64,000 nucleotides of DNA from Octopus sinensis. Its lineage: Eukaryota. A program made the position numbers and the translations under genes. The stretch lies in NCBI RefSeq assembly GCF_006345805.1, contig NC_043015.1:22692001-22756000 (forward strand), in the 5' to 3' direction. The stretch's first letter is position 1, and each line of letters starts with the position of its first letter. Shown piece after piece: positions 27,076-40,665 of the stretch. The notes beneath the pieces are model-generated. The model was not told where the DNA came from and did not search any database. It was given only the letters and a program-made list of their open reading frames with translations.

Positions 27076-28786
27076 TTTTATTAAATAAAGTTACAGACAC
27101 TTTAGTATATTATAAGTATAAATATTTAGCAAATTAAAAAAATTCTAGACTTTAAAATTAATTATTTAAAAAAATGTTTGAACATTAAGAACGTTTGAAT
27201 ATATGAATACCTATATACGAATTTTTAATCCTAAATTATTTCTTTGTTATAGAAGTATGAATAAAAAATATATCAGTAGAAAATGGAATATTCCCATAGG
27301 CTATTTTTTGCACGAATAAGTAAAAGCTCACCTGTAAATCATTTTAATTCCTTATTTAAGCCTGGTAATCCTCTACTTTGGGTAGAGAAGGACAAACTGA
27401 AGACATTACCAACTGAACTGTCACCATGTTGTGCCTTACTGATTTTACCTGGAGAAAGGAACTCAGGAAGGAAATATTTTTATACAGTGCGTTGAAGTTG
27501 GATTATTTCCTACAACCCGTTAAAACTTGTGTGAAACGGTCGCAGGTTTGGACTAATACTTTCAATCGCCTCTTTTCGATTTATTTTCTAGCTTCATGAT
27601 ACCCTTTATATATTTTATGTTTTTATATTTATGTTGTTATATTTCATATTAAGTGTTTATATTTCTACATTGTTATCCCGAAATTCTTAATATAAATATG
27701 TGGATATTGGAATAGAATAATAACTTGTGTCCTACATGTGAAGTCTGAATTTGCTTGTGTGAATGTTTAAGAGAAATATCTGCAATTCTTATCATATACA
27801 AAATTTTATTAATCTTCTCTGATATACGGGCGAAAAAACAGTTGTACTATATAGTGGAGCTTTACCTTCATTACAATTCTTGTATTATACATTCATGAAC
27901 ATAATAAGTTTTATTCTAGTAGTTTAGTTTAAAACACGTTTATAAACTACTAGTTTATAGCAGTTTATAATACCCGTTAATATCTCATCTTTTCTCATTT
28001 GTTATGCCTAAGATATTTATTTTGTGTTCTGGCTTATATATATCTGTTCATTTTAAAGGAAACATAACAGAGATTTTGTCCAGTTCTAGCTAAATCTTAT
28101 AACGATCCTTGTACGATAAAAAGAAATGACCTCAGGACATTTTTGTCGGGTATTCTTTCATGTTTGTAATGGATGGTGATATGTGCGCTAGTTTTGCGAG
28201 AGCTGAAGAAGTGCGACGATTATCGTATCTTTTAGAGAGAAACTTGAGGGTCCGTATGTAAGCGACGACATTATTATGTATAATTGAAGAATTTCTAACT
28301 GAATTTCTTCCTTTGGTCTCGTTTAGCTACAGAGATAAGTCGCATTCTAGTCTGTCTCCTGCAAAAGCTTGTTTCACCAGCATCAGCCCTTGTTATTGTT
28401 AAATAGCACTTACCGTTTGTTTTGACCGTCCCGTGTTTGTTGCCGAGCCGAGTCGTTACTCCACAAATGTTTTGCCAAAGCTGCTCTTCCCATATCATCT
28501 GTTTCAACATAACTGTAATATATTATTTTATATGTATAGATTATTTTGATAACACAATGTCTCTAATTCGTTATGGTGGCATCCGTTTCCATTTGATAAT
28601 TGACTTGTTTGAACCCAAGGAATAGCCAACGCATTGGTTATAATTAATTCTATAACGTAACAATTTAAAGGAATATTAAAGAGAATTTTTAAGAACATGA
28701 ACTCTCTGTTTAAAGAATGAAATGAAAAAGAGGGAAAATTTTTGTAAATAGGGGCAGGTTAATGTTGAATATTTAAGAGAATTTGT

Positions 28787-29026
28787 AGTCTGTAAGCAAT
28801 TCCAGAACAACAAAAGCCGTTACTTCCACTGCAAAATTAAAATTTCATTTGTGTCTAAATATTTTCGTTCTTTGAAACCACGGCAAAACCCTGACAAAAA
28901 TTATTGCTGCATCTGTTTTGTCAGTCTCGGTTTCAAAGAGATAAAAATATTGAGATTGAAATGAGATTTAAATATTGCAGTGAAACCAACCATTAGTGTG
29001 CGTGTGTTCTTGAATGGTTTACAAAC
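28787..29026. repeat. Old fold-back/MITE-like element with ~95 bp diverged arms
   Basis: cactgcaaaattaaaatttcattt..tctttgaaacc versus ggtttcaaaga..aaatgagatttaaatattgcagtg; inner ctgacaaaa/ttttgtcag. Confidence 0.6.
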
Positions 29027-29277
29027 ATCTACTCTTCAATTGCTTTTGTTTATACCATTATGTAGGAGATAGAATCGTAAAGATTTTGTGCGCAAATTTT
29101 GTTTTCATCTTCGTTTATAGCATAGATGAATTTTAGTCTGAAATGCCACCTTCGGCCTCCAGGACGCGTTGGTCGGCCCGAGGCTATGGTTGAAAACACT
29201 CAATGGCGAAGAGAGGTAGGGAGAAGAACAGGACAATTCACACAGTCTGATTTTTTCCCTAAAGAAAATGGGGGTGC

Positions 29278-29683
29278 TTTCGGTTTGAACGGCAGTTTTT
29301 AACATAATTTCTAGGTAACTAAAAAATTTTAAACTTCGTATACTGGTAGAATGTGTTTATAAAACATCTTTTTCTCTTGGCTTTATTGAGAAAATTCTAT
29401 AGTTTGTAAGATATTTCTTGTTTTTTTCTATAATTTCTGCAATTTCAACCAATCACTGACGTCCATTGAGGTGAACAACATTCTGTGCCGTATGAATATG
29501 CCCTTGTTTAAGAAACAGATTGGGTTTATTTACATTTGTGAAGAAAAAAATATACCATTCCCCCCACCCCTAACCCTAACTAACCCTAAAATAGATTGAA
29601 ATGCAATAGATCGATACTAGGGTCATAATTATGGGTGACAATTTCATATGACACCGCTAGAAAAACTGCCGTTCAAACCGAAA
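29278..29683 (+). mobile_element. MITE with 23 bp perfect TIRs and an internal telomere-like tract
   Basis: tttcggtttgaacggcagttttt (29278-29300) and aaaaactgccgttcaaaccgaaa (29661-29683); ccctaaccctaactaaccctaa near 29568-29589; second copy at 581-1007. Confidence 0.9.
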
Positions 29684-30226
29684 AGATCCGAAAATTGATA
29701 TTTTTCCCAATCACACGTTTCGGGTGGAGTCCCACTACGTTCGGTAAACACCTTGGGCAAACACCGGAGTTTAAAGGACATGTTGTTGTACACCTTTTAC
29801 ACTGTTTTAATTTTTTTGGCTCGGGTCAAACACTAGAGTTTAAAGGTCGTGGTCTGTCGATGTGAATTCTCCGAGTCCTCTACATCACGCCCCGGTTCGC
29901 GAGCGCGCATTTTTTCCTATTCGTTTAAAGCGATTTGTTGTACACCTTTGACACTATTGTCTTTTCTTTTGCTCGGGTCAAACCATTTAGTTTGACCCAA
30001 ATTCCAAACATCGACGTTTATTTTCCAGAAACGTAGGTTTTAACGATTCCTGGCTATATGTTGCTATCTCATGTTGTTTATAGTTCCTTTTGTGAAAGAA
30101 TGAGTTAATCGCCCCGTGAACTAGCCTAAAAACCGATTTGCATAACGTTACAGGAATATGTTTTCATATGGAATATTAGGTGAAGCTGGATCATTGTTAC
30201 CCCTAGAATAATATTTTTCAAAAGAA

Positions 30227-30456
30227 AGGCGGCGAGCTGTCAGAAACGTTAACACGCCGAGCAAAATGCGTAGCTGTATTTCATCTGCCGTTACGTTCTG
30301 AGTTCAAATTCCGCCGAGGTCGAATTTACCTTTCATTCTTTCGGGGTCAATAAATTAAGTACCAGTTATGCACTGGGGTTGATATAATCGACTTAATCCG
30401 TTTGCTTGTCCTTGTTTGTCCCCTCTGTGTTTAACCCCTTGTGGGTAGTAAAGAAA
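30227..30456 (+). mobile_element. SINE of the 19915 family
   Basis: aggcggcgagctgtcagaaacgttaa..gagttcaaattccgccgaggtcg..tttcggggtcaataaattaagtaccag. Confidence 0.85.
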
Positions 30457-32841
30457 TATATAATCTTTTTTTCAAATGCGACAAGTTTAAGTCATATATC
30501 ATGGATCCCATCATATTCATATTCTAACTAAAATTCTAACGTGCAGCATCTGCGAATTATACAAAAACATAGCTGCAAATTTGTAAGTGGATTATTTGTA
30601 AAATTTCGTTTCAAATTTCAGTTTCATTATTAAGTCTAGTAATGTTGGTGTCTCATAGTAATAATTATCTAAACCAATTGTAATTGGTGTCGATAATTTA
30701 GAATTGCCGAATATGAATAACAGGATTTGCCTTTGTAATTAAATGACGAAGCATTTCCAATGATGTACGTACAGAAACTAAAACAAGCTCAAACAAAGTG
30801 GATTAACATTCGGAAGCACTAAATCTAAGGCGAATAATATTGTAAATGTGATCAGTAAATCAATATACAAGTAATATAATGTGACGTGTACTTTTGCCAA
30901 TGATGTATATTCGAGTTACAAATGCTGTAGAGTATCTCTGTAAATTTTCCAGGCTGGTCTGCTGAGATTTGAAATGGGAAACAGCCTACATACTCCAGTG
31001 AGTAATATCATTTGCGACATATTATGCAATACTACCCGTGCGCTATTGCTCTCACGCTCGTCTTCGACTCAATGCAACTGGTTAACTGTCGTTGGAATGG
31101 CTGATTCAAACACGTCAAATGTACTCATGAATTGAAGGCTACTCATTCTCCATGTAGCTTTTCTATTTCAACAACTCTAAACTCTCTACTTGTATGATGC
31201 CCTTTTTCGAGTGAAAACAACTCATTCGTCTCGCTTTCTCACGTCTTTCATATTGTGTTTAACTTCAAGTGTTGTGCTTGATTTTTACTATTTGTAAACT
31301 TGTGGTAATTGATGCAGAAGGATAACTACTTCGATTTCACCATTGAAGAAGCTCCTGCAATGTCCAAGGACAACCAACATACTCTGTAACACTCTGAAAC
31401 AAACCATGAAAAAGAAAAAAAGAAAAATGAATTTATATTCCATACTAACAAGGATCTTAAGCCTTGAAATATTTTTTAGCATGATATAGGTTTCTTAAAG
31501 GGTTGCTTGATTTCATCTACGCGACTCCTTTAATTGAGTCGCTCATGAAGATAATTACACTCTACAAAAACGTACATGAAAGATTGTAGGTAAAATTATA
31601 TCGAATTTGTAATAGTGTGATTGTTATAATGTTGCCGTCGGCACTGTAATATTTTTGTTGCCACCAACATGTGGCAGTATTACGCGTCATATTATCTTTA
31701 ACTCGTGTCTGGTGCCATCGCTGATAGCTCTGCAAGATAACGACCTTGTCACGTCTAACTTGGCGGTAACTCGAACTGGTATGCAACATGTAACTGACAC
31801 CGACTCCAACTGAGAACTCTATTACTAACCTCCTGCAACGACTAAGTGTCTGACGTCTGACTTTACATTGACTGACTCATACCACTTTGTCACGTGGGAA
31901 GAAGTGTACAATTTTCACTACATTAATGATGCCACTGGATGAGAAATTGTTCCCATCATACACTCTAATAATTTCCTGAGAACATTAATCTATTTATTTG
32001 ATCCCGATTTACAGTTTTTTTTATCGTACATGTCATATATTTTTGAATGAATAATTATGACTGAAACTTGTGGTTTTATGAAATTATCAACCATATCAGC
32101 TTTACTTTGTGAGGGAACTATTACGTATTTGCAACTGGAGCATCAAACTCGAATACTGTGAATTGTAACGAATCAACTATTCAATTCCCATATTTATTCA
32201 TGTATTTCTGTAAAGGGATAATATCCACTCAATCATTTATCAGAGGATATAAAGTGATGCTAATGAACGGTTTGCGTTTCTAATGAATTATACATGTACT
32301 GTCTATTGTTCATACTTGTCACATCTGCAATGTTTCTCTTGATAAACTGCAAAGGCTAGTATTAGCATTGAAAAATAAATAGAAAGAAGAATTATTATTG
32401 TGGTTCGCTGTTTGCAAATGTGAAATAAAACTTGTCTACTTTATTTTGATCACGATATTATTAATTTAGATAAAATCTAAAAGTAGATGATGGATGTTCT
32501 ATTTAGGTTTATCGCATCAGGATTATTGCTGCAGAATTAGTAATCAAAATTAGCTGTAAACCGTTGTGTTTTTTTCCATAAATGCTGCAATATGATCCAA
32601 TAAGGATAATTTCTAACAATGGTACAACGCTAATTTACTTGTGAGGAATACACAGTTGAAGATACCGAAAACCACAACTTAACTCATAACGTTTTTCCTC
32701 GAGCCACAAATATGAAAGCAACTTTGAATTGAGCCGGGTGTGAACAGAAAACATAAAGGCATGCAAGTAAATATATAAGACGATTTTGCCCGTTGGTGTT
32801 CTTATGTACATCTATCATGTTATTGTGAAATGAAAAATAAG

Positions 32842-32898
32842 TTATCTCAAAACAGTCATAGAAGGCAATATTATCTCAAAACAGTCATAGAAGGCAAT
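32842..32898. repeat. Tandem duplication, period 29 bp
   Basis: ttatctcaaaacagtcatagaaggcaat twice. Confidence 0.9.
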
Positions 32899-34762
32899 GT
32901 CAGAAAAGTATTTGTATTCAGGTATCTAAGATAGAATATAATATAGATTCAGAATCATTGCATTTGCCAGCATTAACTCCAAACATACATATCACATGAA
33001 ATATGCGACCTATTCCTGCTATCAAACATATGTTTCAATGTTTCCAATAAGTATTTGATAGGTTTCAATGAATGTGGTTTACTGTACCTTCGCAAACCCT
33101 ACGAAAATATTTGATCCAGACGGAAAGTGTGCCATCATTGCTTTCTTTATATTGATTGTCTTCCCTTTTTGTTCATTTCCACAATAATTTGCCGAACACC
33201 TTCCCCGTCAAAAAAAAAAAAAAGAACACCACACTTCATTAAAATGCAAAACAAAAACAAATGAGTATTTTCTTAAAATTGGTAGATTCGTACCACACAA
33301 TGAGGAAAGTTTTATACTCAATATTAGAGCTCAACACTATACAAACCGCTTTTGTTGTTATACTACTAGGTTCAGAAACGATATTATTGAACTTGCTTTA
33401 CATCCATACGCAAAAATGAACAACTGATTGCTTAAGCTAAATTTATTTAGCACCAATGCTGCAGATAAAATGTACACCAGTATTTAGAATAGTTGTATAA
33501 TATCTGAGTTCAAATTACATTAAAACCGTGAGATAGTAAAAGTACACGTTAAAAGAATGTAGAAAGACTAGTCCTATATTTCCAGGTTTACTTCTTGTTT
33601 CTGAAATTATATCACTGTCTAAATATCGTAGAGCCAGTCATTAAGTCGATAATTTATTGAAGTGCAGACAATAATTCTAGAGATGACTCTATAATTAAGG
33701 AATATGTCCTTAATTTATATGACAATTCTTGTCCTGCTACGGAAAGGTATTTTTAACAGTCTGCATCCAGAACGTCTTCGCATATACTTAGCGCCACGTT
33801 AACATTGACTCCCGTTACTATTTCTGAATATATAAGACCAAATTGGTGTCCAGTGAAATTGCTTTCCCCTCCAAACATCACATCAATTAAGAGATTGGCA
33901 GCCATCGATGGAAGAGAAATCTGAGGTACTACATCGAAGCAGCTAACCCATAAATTATAACCATGAAGAGGGCATTGAGGTTCTAAGTGTGCCTCTGAAT
34001 TCATAGCATTCTTTTCGAGATTGAAAGAATGAAAAAGGCATTGTATTGTAAATGTTTTGGGAGAAGTTTAGTCAAGGTCATAGCTGACTAGGAGCAAGAA
34101 GAAACATCAAAACATAACGAAAAAACAATTGCATCAGGAAAAGAAAAAAAACAAACTTGCAAATGAACCATATTTTGGGTTCCGAAAAATCATATCCATT
34201 TCAGTATTCTACTTATTTGAAACGTGACTTGAACACAGACTGTCTGTCGAAGCCGAAACTGTTATATCACTGAAAAATCATCTCATACCTTTAAGAATGC
34301 GAAATGTGTTACATTCACTTTCCTACTTTTTCATCTGCTACCTGTATAGTAACGCAATTCCACTGCAAAAAGCATGTCAGAGATAAAATACCCTAACAGC
34401 TAACTGTCTCCACATTGTCTAAATATTTATAGAATATCTGATTAATTATTCGAAAGTTAATTTGTCTTTCATGACTGATAAACTGAATTTGATGCATAGC
34501 CACTCGCATCGTAAGGGGTTCGGTTTTAGTAAGAGAAAATCCTGACATTGTCATTCTGTTAATCAATATAATTTTTGTCTCGATATCATATATTATTGTT
34601 TTCTAATTATGACACACCTAAATTTCATAAATATACAGTGAAGAAGCATATTCGAGTCGATGTGGTTCATTACATAACTGTCACTATTATTTTATCAATA
34701 ATTAGGAAATGTAAATTTAGATTCAAGTAATTTTGAACCGAAAAGATGAGTGATATAATTAT

Positions 34763-34919
34763 GGTTGTGTGGTGAATAAGCACGCTTCTCAACCACCAGC
34801 TTCCGAAACCGAACCCCTAGGCGGCAGCTTGGACGAATTCCTCTTAATATGGCCCCAGGTTACAATAAAAATATGGAAGCAAGTGGTGTGTGTGTGTGTG
34901 TTCGTATGTGTGTGTGTGT

Positions 34920-34963
<44 letters not shown>

Positions 34964-35175
34964 ATTCGTATGTTTTTGTCTTTGTGACCCTACCACAACT
35001 TGACAACTGGCGATTGTTTATGTCTACGTAACCTAGGATTCGTTAAATGAAAGTTATATAAAAGTAAACAGTTAAGTACTAGAGTTGAATTGTTCAACAA
35101 CACGCTTCAAGGCGGATTCCTATCACAGCTGCAGTCCAATGACTGAATCTAGTATAAGATGAAAGAGAAAGAAAA
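34763..35175 (+). mobile_element. Degenerate SINE of the 17794/37344 family
   Basis: ggttgtgtggtgaataagcacgcttctcaaccac head, (TG)n, and tail gcagtccaatgactgaa. Confidence 0.65.
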
Positions 35176-36942
35176 GTACTTATGAGTAAATGTATCTAAT
35201 GTTATAAGCTGATGAGCGATAGGAATTATGAGAGTAAGAGCATGAAAAGCTTAACTATATCACAGGAATATATTTAAATACATCGTCCCTCAGATTATTC
35301 TATCGCTAAATTATATTTGTTCAATTTTATTTTATGTAAAGCATAAAATGTAAATATATCCATCTAATTCTGCATAAGTGATGAGTCTAAAACTGACTTT
35401 TTTTAAACCGGAACAATCGATCTGGTTTAATTTATAGTCCAGACAAACCATACTCTCACACATTTAAAACATTTCATCTCTTAATATAAATCTGATATGT
35501 ATTGCAGTTGATTACTTCATTATATTTTGTGGTGATGAAGTAAATTACATAAAAAGGATAGCAAACATACAGATAGATTTGGGAAAATTCCGTACACAGA
35601 TTCGACTAAATACCTCTCTCTCTCTCTCTGCTTACCTAATGCTCTATACGAAATAAAATCAATAAACGTATTGTATTCCAGTCTGAAATTTGAAATCAAC
35701 TTTGAGATTATATTCCTGTAGAGATTGCACTTCAATATATTACCATTTGTTTGATCTGAATGTTTGAATTTAATTTCATCTATTCATTCACATGAGCTCA
35801 GATCCGTTTCATTAGAAATATACTTGTAAGGTTTTTTCATATATTTGCTACCAGCAATATTCCGATTTTTTTCTTTCGTTTTTTTAATAATGATCCACAT
35901 TTGCTTGCGAATGCGACTCTTTTACAAAGGGGCTTCACTGCGAAGAGATGATTATCTCTACAACGTTGAATAAATGAACTTTCTAACTTATTCATTAAAT
36001 AATAGAACTGTAATAAATAACTCGGCATTTCATTTTGCGATTCAAAACTACTACCATGGTTTCTAAATACATACAGAAAATAGACACAATACCAACTTGC
36101 AATAAAATCATATACAAAACCCCTCTAGTGCTGTGACAATATTGTTAGCTTCTCGAAATATTTCCCTGCATGATTTATAGAAAATAATATTTATTAGATA
36201 TTTAAAAACAAATTCGTGTTTTCATATGAAATGGATAAAATTTATTACAAACTTTAAATCTATACATACTTTTTTGAAAATTTCTTTTCATATATGTTTG
36301 TCTATAAATAATATTTTCCAAAGACACATATTGTTTAATGTAACTGGGAATTAGATTTAGTAAAAGAATAATAAATCATATTTTATATGGCAAATATTCA
36401 TTTTAGGGCCCTAATATATTTGGGAAGGGATATATTAGATAATCGAACAAGATTGTTTGATATAAATAAACGAGTATACATATTTATTACGAAAAGCACA
36501 CAGACAATCAGAAGCAGATATGGAAATGTACACACTCATCATATATAAAGCAGTGATGACATAGACATGGGAGGCTCTCATTGTATTATACGAATACACA
36601 GATATACATATGTCTGTGAGTGTGTATGTGTCTGTATGTTTGTGTTACTGTCTGTATGAAGATACAAGTACGTACACACCAAAACACATGGACATTCAGT
36701 GTTAAGAAATGCGGAATAATAAACATATAGCTGAAATATTTAATGTTATTTTGTCTAAATAGAGACGTTGCTCTGAAAGACACTACAACACCGAAGATAA
36801 ATCGAACTTCTAATTGAAAAGTTCACACCACGTAGCCTTTCAACGGCAAATACAGTTCTCGTCGAAATGGATTTCACGAATATATGGCAGTATATTTATG
36901 TATAATCTAGATATTTCCGTTAACCTTGAACCCCCATTCACA

Positions 36943-36978
<36 letters not shown>

Positions 36979-36979
<1 letters not shown>

Positions 36980-37065
36980 TATAAAATTTATACTATAAAA
37001 TTGGATTTAATCCTAAATCTCATTTTTCCCCGTAAGTTTGGATTTATACCCTAATATATATATAT

Positions 37066-37105
<40 letters not shown>

Positions 37106-37177
37106 CTATAAAATTTATACTATAAAATTGGATTTAATCCTAAATCTCATTTTTCCCCGTAAGTTTGGATTTATACC

Positions 37178-37181
<4 letters not shown>
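36979..37181. repeat. Exact 76 bp duplication separated and flanked by (TA)n
   Basis: 36979-37054 equals 37106-37181. Confidence 0.9.
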
Positions 37182-37218
<37 letters not shown>

Positions 37219-37343
37219 GTATATATGTATGTATATGTGTGTAGGGGGGTATATATAAAATTATCACTTATATATATGTATATATTTATATATGATATAG
37301 ATATATGTGAATGACTATGTATACATGTAAACATGTATAAAAT

Positions 37344-37731
37344 GTGTGGCTGTGTGGTAAGTAGCTTGCTTACCAACCACATGGTTCCGGGTTCAGTCCC
37401 ACTGCGTGGCACCTTGGGCAAGTTTCTTCTACTATATAGCCTCGAGCCGATCAAAGCCTTGTGAGTGGATTTGGTAGAGGGAAACTGAAAGAAGCTCGTC
37501 GTATATATGTATATATGTCTGCGTGTATGTTTGTGTGTCTGTGTTTGTCCCCTTAGCATTGCTTGACAACCGATGCTGGTGTGTCTATGTCCTCGTCACT
37601 TAGCGGTTCGGCAAAAAGTGACCGATAGAATAAATACTGAGCTTACAAACAATAAGTTCCGGGGTCGAGTTGCTCGATTAAAGGCGGTACTCCAGCATGG
37701 CCGCAGTCAAATGACTGAAAAAAGTAAAAGA

Positions 37732-37732
<1 letters not shown>
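37344..37732 (+). mobile_element. tRNA-derived SINE
   Basis: gtggctgtgtggtaagtagcttgc..gggttcagtcccactgcgtggcaccttgggcaag..ccagcatggccgcagtcaaatgactgaaa tail. Confidence 0.9.
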
Positions 37733-37785
<53 letters not shown>

Positions 37786-38027
37786 CCGTGTGTGTGTGTG
37801 CATACAAACATATATATATATATATATATATATACGCATGTTGTATGCATGTCTACATGTATACATAATCATACACATATATGTCTATATCAAATATATA
37901 TATATAAAACTCAACGTGTGTGTCTGTGTGTGTGTCTGTGTGTGTATATCTGTGTGTGTGACTGTGTGTTTAACTTTTGGATCTACCAAGTTTCATTATT
38001 AAGGATAGAAAGTAGTGTGTAGCAAAT

Positions 38028-38590
38028 CTCTATATATAAAGTTGAAGTTGTCTATGTGTGGCAGGTTTGGTAGCCTTCAACTAATACTATCTCCTTCGAG
38101 ACCCTGCAGCGCAAGTTGAGCAAAATTAAGAGTATGATAGAAGAAGGCTTGCTCTTCATTCTGTAGAAGATAAAATTCAAATAGGAATTATTTACATAAA
38201 AAAGGTCCTTTTTTTCTATGAAAGTCCCTATTTTTTACGATTTTTGACTGCTGTGTCACCATTTTTCGGTGTATTTCAACTGGAAAAATGTTGTTTAAAT
38301 CCTATTCACACTATTCGACCAGCTGATGTGAGCAAGCGACAATACGGCATTAGACTCACTTCAGGGACGCCTCTGTGTCTGTACAGTTTATAAAAATTAT
38401 GAAAGAAAATAGAATTCACTTGACCGTATTCACTAAGATTGTTTCGATCCGTTGTGTATCGGTACGTCCTTGGGCTTGGAGATAATCTGCACCTACGATG
38501 CATCTAACCTAAAAGGCACCGGTGCATAATGGGTCGAAATCATCGTAGGGAATAAAAAGTCTCGTGAATTCCATTTTCTCTCACATTTTT

Positions 38591-38595
<5 letters not shown>
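38028..38595 (+). mobile_element. Probable Helitron-type 5' fragment
   Basis: Starts TCtatatataaagttgaagttgtctatgtg, like the other Helitron-type heads. No 3' CTAG terminus seen. Confidence 0.4.
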
Positions 38596-39880
<1,285 letters not shown>

Positions 39881-40621
39881 TGTAGCAGAGATATATTCAG
39901 AGAGCTTTGCGACTAACCACTAACACAGAAAGATCCTCTTACGGCTATCAGAGCACATAGTAATCAATTAGAAAGCAATGTAATATGGAGTTTCCCTGTA
40001 GCTAAAAATCCTGAATTTCCTATCGCTGAAAATATTTCATGTTCTACATGTAACCGATAAAGTTAAAAGTTATGAAAGCTGAATAGACCTTCACATAGCC
40101 AAGTGGCTTTCTTAAGGTTATGTAAGGAAATATGTTAGCACCAATATGTATGATCTGCATTATACAATGAAATTGGACAGTCACAATTTTGTGCAAAGCA
40201 GGAAAGCTTGCTCGTCATATCACGAAAGCTTAGTGGTTGAACCAACAGTTCAGATTGAAATTTACTTACAATATTTATTTTTGATATATACTGTGTAAGG
40301 AAGGTTGAAATGGGTAAAATCTGATTAATTTGTGGAGTAAAAATAAAGATAGTTTGTACAGCTTCATATCAATTGAGTTAAAGGAGTTGACACAATTTAA
40401 AAATTTGAATATCTTTAATATGAAATGAGAAAAATATGAACAGGGTCTGAAAATAGATAATACAAATATTAAATAGCATAAAAGTATATAAAAATGTAAG
40501 TAGATGATAGAAATTGATTTTTGGCAAAAATAATGATGTAGATGGCTAAATGTGTATCAAGACAATTCAAGTTTAATAATTAATAATTAATTTAATAAAG
40601 ACTATGTGCTTTTTTGTCTGA

Positions 40622-40665
<44 letters not shown>

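Noticed and set aside
29568-29589. Telomeric repeat as an interstitial telomere or chromosome fusion
   Set aside because: Only about three imperfect units, internal to a multi-copy MITE.
31622-31961. Possible solo LTR (TG...CA)
   Set aside because: No partner LTR, PBS/PPT or convincing TSD.
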